Shown here in pieces: positions 27,134-36,268 of a stretch of DNA of 64,000 bases. The notes under the pieces are model-generated. The model saw nothing but the letters and a program-made list of their open reading frames with translations, was not told the DNA's origin and did not search any database. The translations under genes and the position numbers were made by a program. This DNA is from Candidatus Poseidoniaceae archaeon (GTDB lineage Archaea; Thermoplasmatota; Poseidoniia; Poseidoniales; Poseidoniaceae). The DNA lies in NCBI GenBank assembly GCA_030747695.1, contig JASLKG010000003.1, positions 18,300-82,299 of the forward strand. Direction: 5' to 3'. Positions within the stretch are counted from its first letter, which is position 1, and each line of letters opens with the position of its first letter.

Positions 27134-28294
27134 TCAATCGAAGCGTTGGAAACCAACATTTCCAGTATTTGCAGCCTTGGAACGTGTTAGTTTGAGAGCA
27201 TCTCCAAGAGCATCCGGCTCCATTCTAGCATCTCTTAGTTCCATGCCGCCTACACCAGTAATAATTGCCATGACTTTGATAGTGTCTCCAAATCCAGGGT
27301 CTTGCCTAGCACCCCAAATGACATTTGCTTCTTCAGAAACCTTTGAAGTCATCAGTTCGACAACCTGAGATGCAGCTTCTAGAGTCATATATTGTCCTCC
27401 CGTTACATGAATTAGTACACCAGTAGCCCCAGAAACATCAACATCTAGTAATGGATGATTTAGTGCTTCATGAACCACTTCTTCCGGTCCTCTATCACTT
27501 TCTCCATAAAGCATCATTGTGACACCACCATCATTCATTATTGCTCGAACATCTGCGAAGTCTAGATTGATTAGTGAAGGTAATGTGATAGTTTCTACAA
27601 TTCCTTTGACGATTTCTGCAACTAATTGATCCATTATTGAGAATGCTTCATCAAGTGGTAAATTCGGAACATAGTGTAGGAGTCTATTGTTATCAAGAAC
27701 TAATACTGCATCAGCAGTTCGTCTAAGACTTTCAAGACCTTCCAAAGCCTTCTTCATTCTTTGTCTACGTTCGACATGGAATGGAGTTGTGACAATCCCA
27801 ACTACTAGTGCACCAGCAGCCTTTGCTTCTTCAGCAACAATAGGACAAATTCCAGTTCCTGATCCTCCTCCAAGACCACTTGCAATGAATACCAAATCTG
27901 CACCTGTGACTATTCTTCGAATCATTTCTCTACCAGCTTCAGCACATCTCCTTCCGGTTGAAGGATCACCTCCTGCTCCTAAACCTCTAGTGATATGTCT
28001 TCCAACAAGCAATTTTTGCAAAGCACGAGTGTGATCAAGATGCTGTTTGTCAGTATTAATTGCAACAGTGATTGCACCTTCGACACCAAGGTGAGTAATT
28101 CTGTTTAGAGTATTGTTACCTGACCCCCCGCAGCCTACAATTAGGATTCTAGGATTAGGAACGCCAAATGTTCCTAATTCATCATCCAACAGTGCAGTAG
28201 CACCCTTTCCAACGGCTTCTTTAGCTAATGAAGCCACCATGTCATTCAGTGCTTGGTCTCCAGGTCTAGCAGTGCGTGTAGCATCGGGTCCCAT
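27134..28294 (-). CDS. ftsZ: Cell division GTPase FtsZ
   Basis: GCGGSGNNTLNR, the tubulin signature GLGAGGDP and ASGLGGGSGTG. SD GGAGGCG upstream. Confidence 0.95.
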   Translation of the reverse strand: MGPDATRTARPGDQALNDMVASLAKEAVGKGATALLDDELGTFGVPNPRILIVGCGGSGNNTLNRITHLGVEGAITVAINTDKQHLDHTRALQKLLVGRHITRGLGAGGDPSTGRRCAEAGREMIRRIVTGADLVFIASGLGGGSGTGICPIVAEEAKAAGALVVGIVTTPFHVERRQRMKKALEGLESLRRTADAVLVLDNNRLLHYVPNLPLDEAFSIMDQLVAEIVKGIVETITLPSLINLDFADVRAIMNDGGVTMMLYGESDRGPEEVVHEALNHPLLDVDVSGATGVLIHVTGGQYMTLEAASQVVELMTSKVSEEANVIWGARQDPGFGDTIKVMAIITGVGGMELRDARMEPDALGDALKLTRSKAANTGNVGFQRFD

Positions 28295-28346
28295 CCCTTA
28301 CGCCTCCAAGAAGAACAAGGCCGTTGATTTCATTATTAACCGTGAT

Positions 28347-28369
28347 GCTCGCGAGATGGGTTCGCGAGC
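28347..28369. repeat. GC-rich inverted repeat GCTCGCGA-N7-TCGCGAGC in the ftsZ / tRNA-Tyr divergent spacer
   Basis: Perfect 8-bp arms. TCGCGAG occurs twice, 13 nt apart. Confidence 0.4.
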
Positions 28370-28406
28370 CTATTTGACGACCCTAATTTTTGCACCATTA
28401 CGAGAA

Positions 28407-28414
28407 TTGATATA
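28407..28414 (+). promoter_or_regulatory. Candidate TATA box (TTGATATA) for tRNA-Tyr
   Basis: Centred about 27 nt upstream of tRNA position 1, which is typical archaeal spacing. Confidence 0.35.
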
Positions 28415-28437
28415 CGCGGGTAATCTCGGCAAGAATA

Positions 28438-28541
28438 CCTCGCTTAGCTCAGTTGGTAGAGCACCTGGCTGTAGTTGGAAAAAACCAAACGTCTCAGCAG
28501 ACACCAGGGTGTCCCCAGTTCAAGTCTGGGAGCGGGGACCA
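28438..28541 (+). tRNA. tRNA-Tyr (anticodon GTA) with a 28-nt intron at canonical position 37/38 and an encoded CCA
   Basis: Folded by hand: acceptor CCTCGCT/AGCGGGG (C1-G72), D arm GCTC-AGTTGGTA-GAGC, anticodon stem CCTGG/CCAGG, loop CTGTAG|intron|A, T arm CCCAG-TTCAAGT-CTGGG, discriminator A. A helix-3-nt-bulge-4-bp-helix-3-nt-bulge splice motif brackets 28475-28502. Confidence 0.9.
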
Positions 28542-28563
28542 ATGACAATCATAGTATCGGAAT

Positions 28564-29208
28564 TTATTTTATTTTAACTTGATAAAATTGATTTCCATCA
28601 TTAAGTATCGTTCCAGTTTCTAAATCCTTTGGAATCAAACTTTTTGTTCTGTTGTCCATAACTTTTATTGATTTTGCAAGTGAAGTAGTCATTATTGGTA
28701 TACTTATCCAACTTATTATGTTACAAATTATGATAGTTGGAAGGACCTTAAATGCGCTCATAGGGTTATTATATACTTGAATTACGATTACAAATTGTAG
28801 TATTGCAGGAGCAATAAAGAAGAATAAGCCAAGATTGAAATTTGACAAATCAATAAGGCAAGATTTTCTTTTAGATTTTATATTAGCTATTCCAGCAAGT
28901 AGTTGTTGCTCCTTCTCTTTCAAGATTCTGGTTTGATTTGCAACTCTTATTTTCTCCTCACCGGCCCATTGATTATATTGAGATACTTGTTGCTTTACCA
29001 TTTTTTCTTGAGTAAAAATTCGTGCCTCATTCTCAAACTGTTTTTGTTTTTCCATAGCAATTACTTTGTATGCATTGTTTAATCTGGGAATGTCCCAATT
29101 TCTTCCATCTGAAGTTTTAAATTTGGTTGGATCTAACAAAGGATCTCTTTTTTTCAATTCTTCCCACATCTCGGCAGGGGGTATGGCTACTCTACTCCAT
29201 TCGTCCAT
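28564..29208 (-). CDS. Hypothetical protein: charged Lys/Glu/Gln-rich N-terminal half, multi-TM C-terminal half
   Basis: ORF only. Very AT-rich. Confidence 0.5.
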   Translation of the reverse strand: MDEWSRVAIPPAEMWEELKKRDPLLDPTKFKTSDGRNWDIPRLNNAYKVIAMEKQKQFENEARIFTQEKMVKQQVSQYNQWAGEEKIRVANQTRILKEKEQQLLAGIANIKSKRKSCLIDLSNFNLGLFFFIAPAILQFVIVIQVYNNPMSAFKVLPTIIICNIISWISIPIMTTSLAKSIKVMDNRTKSLIPKDLETGTILNDGNQFYQVKIK

Positions 29209-29232
29209 GGCCAGTATTACCCCGTTATATTA

Positions 29233-29874
29233 TTAATAACACCAGTCTGGTTTGAACTTTTCATAATCTGATTCGAAATCTAAAGCAGTATATGTCCCTT
29301 TATCAGTCAAGGATTCTCTAATGAGTAGTGAGCAAACTGGGCTAGAATAATTCGAACCATCTGATGCTTCAACAGAAGTTTGCGTCCAAACAGCATCACC
29401 ATCACTGGACATGAAAAATCGAGTAGTTTGAGTTATCCATTCATCTCCTTCTTCAAAATTAATAGTAAGTATATCACCATTTACATCCCAAGAAGCAGTC
29501 CAATTATCTTCATCAGCAGAAAAGGCTGCGTTACTAAAAGTTCCATCCTCATTAAGAGTGAAAGAACCTCCCTCAGAATCTACCCATGTTCCAACCATTG
29601 TTGCAGGACTTCCAGATAGCAACAAGAATGTAACCACTCCAATTACTAGTAAAACACCACCAATACTTCCACCAATGATCAACATCTTTTTGTTAGAATT
29701 ATCATTTTGTATCTGTGCACTTGGTAAATTATCTGTAGGCACACCTACAAGCATTGAAGGTGCTGTATTTGATACTGTAAATTCAGGATAGTATTGTTGT
29801 GTGTATCCTAGTGCAGATGTAGGGTCATACCCCTGAGTCAATAGAGAATCATAGTAATTCTGTGCGTTCGACAT
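29233..29874 (-). CDS. Hypothetical single-pass membrane protein with a small extracytoplasmic beta domain
   Basis: N-terminal Y/Q-rich segment, TM helix MLIIGGSIGGVLLVIGVVTFLLL, then GTWVDSEGGSFTLNEDGTF. Confidence 0.5.
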   Translation of the reverse strand: MSNAQNYYDSLLTQGYDPTSALGYTQQYYPEFTVSNTAPSMLVGVPTDNLPSAQIQNDNSNKKMLIIGGSIGGVLLVIGVVTFLLLSGSPATMVGTWVDSEGGSFTLNEDGTFSNAAFSADEDNWTASWDVNGDILTINFEEGDEWITQTTRFFMSSDGDAVWTQTSVEASDGSNYSSPVCSLLIRESLTDKGTYTALDFESDYEKFKPDWCY

Positions 29875-29915
29875 GATTTACCCAAGGAAGGACAAAAAAT
29901 AAACTTGTGCAGTGA

Positions 29916-30647
29916 CTATACTATTGCGATAATGAACAAAAACCCAATTACACCCGCTCCTATTGCTATGGTAATTGTTTTTGCTTTGCGTTGTTTTTTA
30001 ATCATTGTAATTCCAATATCAGCCTCATGATTATATTCAACTTTCAAAATCATGTTGTAGATATTTTCCGCTTCTCTTAACCGCTTCCAGAAGTTCAATC
30101 CACTCGTATTAGAAAGGATTACTATCGCGTATAGTAAGAGAGTAGGTATGTGTCTTCTATCCCATTGAAGAATATGGTTCAATTTTTGAACTCCCTGGTT
30201 GTAATGCATAGCAAATTTACTTTTGTATGTAAGTAAAGGTTCAATTCTCGGCATATGCCTGTAATTAATTATCATTGAATTACAGTAAGATCGGGCATTC
30301 TCAAATAGAGCATTTACAATACGTGGATGAAACTCGCCATCATGTAAATTAATGGCTAGGTGGTAATCGATTTGCTTTGCTTTTTCATAGATATTCTTGG
30401 CATCAACAAGTCTTCCTTCAACCATTGCATCAATCATCGTACTTAGATGACTTCTAACCATCTTTTCAGAATCCTGTACAACTGTGTTATGCACGGTAGT
30501 ATTGTGTTCGTGAGTAACTTCAGTTTTGATGTCTCCCATAACAACAGAGTCGCTAATTATGTGTGAGTTACTGTCTGTATTAACAGGAATCCATTTGGAA
30601 CCATCCCACATCATTGAACCATCAGGACTCAAAATTGGCTGGCTCAT
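29916..30647 (-). CDS. Hypothetical protein with an N-terminal SPDGxxxWDGxxWxP motif and a C-terminal TM anchor
   Basis: SPDGSMMWDGSKWIPV at the N-terminus. C-terminal helix ITIAIGAGVIGFLFIIAIV. Confidence 0.5.
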   Translation of the reverse strand: MSQPILSPDGSMMWDGSKWIPVNTDSNSHIISDSVVMGDIKTEVTHEHNTTVHNTVVQDSEKMVRSHLSTMIDAMVEGRLVDAKNIYEKAKQIDYHLAINLHDGEFHPRIVNALFENARSYCNSMIINYRHMPRIEPLLTYKSKFAMHYNQGVQKLNHILQWDRRHIPTLLLYAIVILSNTSGLNFWKRLREAENIYNMILKVEYNHEADIGITMIKKQRKAKTITIAIGAGVIGFLFIIAIV

Positions 30648-30686
30648 AAATTCCTGTCAACAATCATTATTTATCGTGGTTGTGAT

Positions 30687-31118
30687 TTAATGTCGAACAT
30701 ACATTCGGTATGAAAATAGATGTTTACACTGGTGCAAACATCTTTTCCAGTCAAGGGTGATTAACATTCGAACAACTCTCCAAGTTCTTTCAAACATCAT
30801 GACAATAAATGGTACAAAACCCGGCCACCATTTTTCTTCAAATCCTGATTTAATTAATGCTGATATAAGTGCTGGATGCTTTGTAAATACACATGTTTTT
30901 TCCGTACACTTTTCAATAATTTTGTATGAGATATTTTTACCTTGATGAGATGGATCAATAACAACGGTTGTTAATTCTTTGATACCTCCTCTATTAGCTA
31001 GTGAATAATGCGCAATTGGAACCTCATTTTCGTAAATGAATCGAGAACTTTTCCTAGAGCAAGGAATCAAATCCAATTCTCTAGATAACTGGATTTTCAA
31101 CCATTCATATTCTCGCAT
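30687..31118 (-). CDS. Possible small GNAT-family N-acetyltransferase
   Basis: Weak motif-A-like VVIDPSHQGKNISYKII and ...LIKSGFEE. Overlaps the 3' end of the upstream gene by 22 nt. Confidence 0.35.
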   Translation of the reverse strand: MREYEWLKIQLSRELDLIPCSRKSSRFIYENEVPIAHYSLANRGGIKELTTVVIDPSHQGKNISYKIIEKCTEKTCVFTKHPALISALIKSGFEEKWWPGFVPFIVMMFERTWRVVRMLITLDWKRCLHQCKHLFSYRMYVRH

Positions 31119-31900
31119 TGTCGTAACCTCTCAATGGCTAGTGCGCTAACTGCGACTTGCAAATTATATGATGGAACAAAACCTAGCATTGGCAACTTGA
31201 CAACATCATCAGCCGCTTCCAGAATTTCAGACGAAACGCCTTCATTTTCAGCACCAACCACAAGTAAAACATCACCAGTTAAATCAGAATCCCAGGGTCC
31301 TTTTTCACCAATATCTTCAGCAACAATAATTCTTCTATTACATCGTGAAAGAACTTCTTCATTTGATGCATAAACAACAGGGATAAATCTAGTTGCTCTC
31401 ATTCCAGCTCTACGAATAGTTCTACGATCAGTATGTGATTTTTCTACATTGATAATTACAGCAGTAGCACCACTTACTTCAGCAGTACGTATTGCAAATC
31501 CAAGGTTTGTGGCATATTCAACACCATCAAAAAGCCAAATTGCGCCATCTCTCTTGAAAATTTCTTCAAGAGAACCTTTTGGCTCACGACCAATTAATGC
31601 TAAGGCATCTTGCTGTCCATCTGCACTCATTCTCCAAAGATCATTTGTTGAACCTTCTTCAACAGGGATTCCTCTTTTATTACATTCAGAAATAATGTTG
31701 CTACAATCCTTTGAGCGATCAACTAGTACTAGTTTTACATCCTCTTCATTTTGGATAGCATTTAGTACAGCCGCGGCTCCAGTAATTTGCATCGACACAT
31801 ACATGCCAGATGGCTCTAACACTTGAAAATCCCCCTTTAGGGGGAAATTTAGCGCGTGGACAGCCTCATAAAGGGAAGTCAAGTCGGCGACTTGCTTCAA
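31097..31900 (-). CDS. SpoU/TrmH-family RNA 2'-O-methyltransferase
   Basis: C-terminal knot motifs LLVVGAENEGVS and KLPMLGFVPSYNLQVAVSALAIERL. The start is more likely an internal Met (31804), which would leave room for the rpl15e promoter. Confidence 0.8.
   Translation of the reverse strand: MKQVADLTSLYEAVHALNFPLKGDFQVLEPSGMYVSMQITGAAAVLNAIQNEEDVKLVLVDRSKDCSNIISECNKRGIPVEEGSTNDLWRMSADGQQDALALIGREPKGSLEEIFKRDGAIWLFDGVEYATNLGFAIRTAEVSGATAVIINVEKSHTDRRTIRRAGMRATRFIPVVYASNEEVLSRCNRRIIVAEDIGEKGPWDSDLTGDVLLVVGAENEGVSSEILEAADDVVKLPMLGFVPSYNLQVAVSALAIERLRQCENMNG
31875..31898 (+). promoter_or_regulatory. Leader hairpin immediately 5' of the rpl15e Shine-Dalgarno
   Basis: GAAG-TC-AAGTC-GGC-GACTT-G-CTTC (4+5 bp), followed by AAGGAGTGGTGAT and the ATG at 31917. 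Confidence 0.3.
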
Positions 31901-31916
31901 GGAGTGGTGATGTACT

Positions 31917-32507
31917 ATGGCAAAGGGTCTCTACCAACACGTTCGTGCCACTTGGAATAGTCCAAAGGCAACACAATCTCATCAAGTTCGACAGGATCGT
32001 ATGGTTAAGTGGAGGCGCGAACCAGTAAACTGTCGTATAGACAAACCAACTCGTATTGATGCTGCACGACGTCTTGGTTACAAAGCTAAGCAAGGCGTAG
32101 TTATGGTGAGAACCAGAGTCCGCCGTGGTGGATTGCGTAAAGGCAAGATTCACATGAAGAGAAAACCATCTAAGGCCGGTATCTCAAAAATTACAATGGC
32201 TAAGAATACACAAAGAATTGCCGAAGAGCGCGTAAATCGTCATTTCCCCAATTTGGAAGTACTCAACTCCTATTGGGTTGGACAAGATGGTAAGCACAAG
32301 TACTTCGAAGTGATTATGCTAGACCCTTCACATCCTGCAATCAAGTCTGACAAAGATTTGGGATGGATTGCAGATAATCATCACCGTGGACGTGCATATC
32401 GTGGTAAAACTAGCGCAGGAAAGCGTGGCCGCGGTTTACATAACAAAGGTAAGGGTGCTGAAAAATTGCGCCCATCTTTGAAGGCAAGAGGGAATATCGG
32501 AAAGTGA
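31917..32507 (+). CDS. rpl15e: 50S ribosomal protein L15e
   Basis: PTRIDAARRLGYKAKQGVVMVRTRVRRGG...NLEVLNSYWVGQDGKHKYFEVIMLDPSHP. Confidence 0.93.
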   Translation: MAKGLYQHVRATWNSPKATQSHQVRQDRMVKWRREPVNCRIDKPTRIDAARRLGYKAKQGVVMVRTRVRRGGLRKGKIHMKRKPSKAGISKITMAKNTQRIAEERVNRHFPNLEVLNSYWVGQDGKHKYFEVIMLDPSHPAIKSDKDLGWIADNHHRGRAYRGKTSAGKRGRGLHNKGKGAEKLRPSLKARGNIGK

Positions 32508-32576
32508 ATTTCTTAGGTATTACAGCCGTTGGGTTCATTGAGGAGTTTATTTCTCGTAGGCACGAGGAGATGATTC

Positions 32577-32834
32577 ATGACCAGTGAGCGGCGCGTTTCA
32601 GATTTGGTTGGAAAGGAAGTTTTTCTGCCAGATGGTCGCTTATTGGGACGTGTACATGAGGCTGTAATTGAACCAACTCATCTGAGAGCAAGTCACCTTT
32701 TTGTAACAAATACCACACCTTCTTTAGTAGAAGGTAGTGTAAACTTAACAGTTCCTTGGCGATGGGTTAGAGCTGTTGGTGACGTCGTAATTTTGCGTTG
32801 GTTCCCTAATACACCTATCCCACTCAACAATTGA
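32577..32834 (+). CDS. PRC-barrel domain protein
   Basis: VSDLVGKEVFLPDGRLLGRVHEAVIEP. 85 aa. Confidence 0.7.
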   Translation: MTSERRVSDLVGKEVFLPDGRLLGRVHEAVIEPTHLRASHLFVTNTTPSLVEGSVNLTVPWRWVRAVGDVVILRWFPNTPIPLNN

Positions 32835-32844
32835 GGTGTGAGCA

Positions 32845-33915
32845 ATGAGTTTAGAGGTTCACGTTCTTGGTACTTCATCAGGTAGACCTGCGCAAGGGCG
32901 CTCAGTTTCAGGATCGGTTGTGGAAACACCCGATGGAACATTAGTGGTGGATTGTGGTGAAGGTTTTCAAAATCGGTTAGTTGAGCACAGAAAATCAATG
33001 AAAGAGCATGCAGGCAGGAGAATTAAAATTGGTAGGATTGCAGCAATATTACTTACCCATGGACATTTAGATCACACATGGGGCGTATTGCCTTGGCTGC
33101 AAACAATGTCTCTTGATGGAAGGAAAGAACCTTTGTGGATTATTGGACCTACAGAGCCTAATGTGATTGATGTTTTACTTGGTGCAGAAGGGGAACCTGA
33201 AGTTACTCCATCAGACCTTGTAATCCAATATGACATGTGGATGGATCTTGGCGCAACATCTGAGATGCTAGGATATCCAGTGAATTGGGTCCTAGGGGAT
33301 GGTTCGCGGTGGGTAGACATGAATCAAGGTAAAGAAATAGAATTACCACAACCATTTACTTCAGTAATAATTTCAGCATTTACAACACAACATTCAGTCC
33401 CCTCTTGTGCATGGAAAATCGAAACAACATCGAAAAAAGGCCGCTTTGACCGCGAATCAACATCAAATTTACCTCAAAAAGTTGTGCAAGAATTAGCTAA
33501 TGGTAATGACGTGGAGCACGAGGGAGTAATTCTACGTTCTGCGAACTTTAGAGCAAAATCAAAAGAAGGGTTATCATTAATTATTTCAGGAGACACTGCC
33601 GAAAGAGCAATCGAGACTAGTTGCGATTTATTAGTACACGAAGCAACATTTCTAGATGAACATTCTGATATTGCTAATGAACACTTACATTCTACTGCAG
33701 CAGGTGCAGCCAGAACAGCTGTAGAATGTGATGCGAAGTTTTTGGCGATAACACACTATTCCGCTAGATTAGACAATCATAACGAATCAGTATCTGAAGC
33801 TAACAAAATACATAGCGCAGTATTTGCTTGTGGTGATGGTGACAGATTAATTTTAGATGAGGATTGTACACTCACTCATCTGATAAAATCAGAACAAGGC
33901 TGGATGACTCTCTAA
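32845..33915 (+). CDS. rnz: Ribonuclease Z (metallo-beta-lactamase tRNA 3' endonuclease)
   Basis: VLGTSSGRPAQGRSVSG, VVDCGEGFQNRL, LLTHGHLDHTWG and a C-terminal HEATF...H motif. Somewhat longer than typical. Confidence 0.85.
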   Translation: MSLEVHVLGTSSGRPAQGRSVSGSVVETPDGTLVVDCGEGFQNRLVEHRKSMKEHAGRRIKIGRIAAILLTHGHLDHTWGVLPWLQTMSLDGRKEPLWIIGPTEPNVIDVLLGAEGEPEVTPSDLVIQYDMWMDLGATSEMLGYPVNWVLGDGSRWVDMNQGKEIELPQPFTSVIISAFTTQHSVPSCAWKIETTSKKGRFDRESTSNLPQKVVQELANGNDVEHEGVILRSANFRAKSKEGLSLIISGDTAERAIETSCDLLVHEATFLDEHSDIANEHLHSTAAGAARTAVECDAKFLAITHYSARLDNHNESVSEANKIHSAVFACGDGDRLILDEDCTLTHLIKSEQGWMTL

Positions 33916-33955
33916 AGCGGGATGTTGAAATCCCAAGTCATTACCTGTCAATATC

Positions 33956-36268
33956 ATGGGACGTGCTGTTCTATGCGCTATACTACTTCTCGCGACAGCT
34001 ACTTTACCTTCTATTGCAGCAACATCTGGACGTTCACCCCCTCAGTGTGAAACAATTGACATTTCAGCGATTTCAGGTCAAACAGGTATTGACGCGGGTG
34101 CGTGCGTAATTATCAATTTAGGAACGCACACACATCAAACTGTGTTAGATTTTGATTTCACAGTGAGCCTTAATCCTTTGGATGTATTATTATTTGATCA
34201 AAATTCAATTCAGAGTTACAATAATGGCCAATCTTATCGAAGTTCATTTGTTGCCGAAGCATCATTTGAGGATTTTCAAGATTCTATGCAATTTGATTGG
34301 GCGCCACCAGTATCAATATCAGCAAAAACATGGTATCTAGTATTCGACAATCTAAACCATAGTGGCGATGCAGGACAAGGAAGTCAAGGAATTGCATCTT
34401 CAGCATTTAGCGTAGATGTTAGTATAGATCAAGGCCCTGATTTCCCGCTTGTTCATGATACTTGGTTGTTCAGTGCTGGAGAAAGAAATCAATTAGCATT
34501 TTTCAATGTGGATGGAGGCACAATTTTGGACTTAGACTTGACTAGGATTTCAGGATCGGGAGAATTATTTGTTCAATCAGAATCACAACTTGGAGGTAAT
34601 TCCTTCTTGGCAGATTCAAAATTAGAGATTTCGAATACAGATAAGCAATTTCAATGGACAGTGCCTAATTCTCAGGATGGACAAAATCTACATCTAATGG
34701 TAGATTCTGGAGTGTCATCGACGTTTCATTTTTCTTTAGAATCAGGCTTTACACCTGTGGTACAGATAGTGGTAAATGACAACTCAAATTCAACAGTAAA
34801 TATTGGGCAAGAGATATTTCTTGATGTTTATTCAAGCCCAAATGGTATGAATCAAATCGTAGACGTAAATTGGGATTTTGACAATGATGGAATTATAGAT
34901 TCAAACGGCTTTGATACAGTTACAATGTGGTCAACACCTGGCGTCAAGAGCTTAAGTGTTGAAATTATCTCATTTACTGGGGAAACAGATTCAACAATCT
35001 ACAACGTCAACGTGATAGATAATATGGCTCCAGTTCCAGTAATTTCTGGTGAGGGATCAAGAGGTTTGAATGGAGAATGGAGATTGTTGCGAACGAGTGA
35101 TTTAATTTTGTCAGCGCTAAATTCGGCAGATGATCATACAATCGCAAATACGACTTGGTATGTCGATGGAGAACAATTTTCTATTGGTTCACAGATTACA
35201 TTAAGTTGGTCACTAATCGGGACTCATGAAGTTGAGTTAGAGGTAAGAGACCCTAGTGGTAATAACGCCTCAGTTAATACGACAATAGTAGTATATGACA
35301 ACACAAATCCAAATTTAGAAACAACCTGGTTATCAGAAATAGAAGAGGTCGCAAATAAAGAATCTGTTGAATTAAGAGTTTCAGGTTCCGATGCTTGGGA
35401 TGACGAATCAACTCTAATCTATCATTGGGATTTTGATTTAGAAACAGATGACGATGGTGATGGTGACAGTCGAAATGATCCAGATCTAGTGGGTGAAAAG
35501 GTAGTACACAAATTTACTGGACTTGGCGAACATAAGATTGCAGTGACTGTATTTGACCAATCAGGCAATTTTGACATGGAAATAATTACGGTAAACGTAG
35601 TCGAACCAGAGGACTCAGGCACTATTATCGGAATCATTGCAATAACTGTGTTTGTATTATTGTTAGTTTTGGGACTGGTAGTGTTTGGACAGAGAGCAAT
35701 AAACAGAAGAGGTGCAGTCCAATTGCTGATTTCAAATGGCCTCCCTCTGAATGAAGCAATATCTCGTGTTTCTGAAATTATCAAAACGCAAAACGTGCCA
35801 CGATTTGCTAGTGCAGCACAATTAGCAGGTATTACTGAAGGTGGCCAAATAAAAACTCAGGCGCAACTTGTAGCTGAAGCAAAAGCGGAAGAGATAGCTG
35901 CAATTTATGGAGACGATGGAAATGAATTAGGTTTGGACCCTAATGCTGGCTTTAGACCATCTTTCCAACAGAGACAGATAGATCCAAAAATCGCAGAAGC
36001 CGCTCTTGCAGCGTTTGAAGAAGTTAACCCCCAACCAAAACCAGTTCAACAAAAATTAGGAAGAGTAAAATCAGGAGGCGTATCAATTCCTGAATCTCCT
36101 AAATCCAAACCTCAAGTAAAATCACCAGTTTCAAGTATACAATCGCATGGTTTACAGGGGGAGTGTTCAGCATGCGGCAAACCATATTCGATGCAAATAC
36201 CTGAAAATATTAACAACGCGGTAGTAGCATGTCCAAATTGTGGTGCTGACCAATACTTCGAACGTTGA
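33956..36268 (+). CDS. Envelope protein: signal peptide, three PKD-like domains, TM helix, ~170-aa cytoplasmic tail ending in a zinc ribbon
   Basis: Signal MGRAVLCAILLLATATLPSIAA. PKD signatures VNWDFDNDG and YHWDFDLETDDDGDG. TM helix IIGIIAITVFVLLLVLGLVVF. Tail CSACGKPY...CPNCGADQYF. Confidence 0.75.
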   Translation: MGRAVLCAILLLATATLPSIAATSGRSPPQCETIDISAISGQTGIDAGACVIINLGTHTHQTVLDFDFTVSLNPLDVLLFDQNSIQSYNNGQSYRSSFVAEASFEDFQDSMQFDWAPPVSISAKTWYLVFDNLNHSGDAGQGSQGIASSAFSVDVSIDQGPDFPLVHDTWLFSAGERNQLAFFNVDGGTILDLDLTRISGSGELFVQSESQLGGNSFLADSKLEISNTDKQFQWTVPNSQDGQNLHLMVDSGVSSTFHFSLESGFTPVVQIVVNDNSNSTVNIGQEIFLDVYSSPNGMNQIVDVNWDFDNDGIIDSNGFDTVTMWSTPGVKSLSVEIISFTGETDSTIYNVNVIDNMAPVPVISGEGSRGLNGEWRLLRTSDLILSALNSADDHTIANTTWYVDGEQFSIGSQITLSWSLIGTHEVELEVRDPSGNNASVNTTIVVYDNTNPNLETTWLSEIEEVANKESVELRVSGSDAWDDESTLIYHWDFDLETDDDGDGDSRNDPDLVGEKVVHKFTGLGEHKIAVTVFDQSGNFDMEIITVNVVEPEDSGTIIGIIAITVFVLLLVLGLVVFGQRAINRRGAVQLLISNGLPLNEAISRVSEIIKTQNVPRFASAAQLAGITEGGQIKTQAQLVAEAKAEEIAAIYGDDGNELGLDPNAGFRPSFQQRQIDPKIAEAALAAFEEVNPQPKPVQQKLGRVKSGGVSIPESPKSKPQVKSPVSSIQSHGLQGECSACGKPYSMQIPENINNAVVACPNCGADQYFER

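Noticed and set aside
28113-28577. A 154-aa plus-strand ORF spanning the ftsZ 5' end, the spacer and the tRNA.
   Set aside because: It is antisense to the highly conserved FtsZ N-terminus and reads straight through a well-folded tRNA-Tyr gene. There is no coding support.
28541-31130. An integrated mobile element at the tRNA-Tyr 3' end.
   Set aside because: I found no integrase, no recognisable phage or plasmid genes, and no direct repeat of the tRNA 3' half by eye. I kept only a low-confidence compositional observation.
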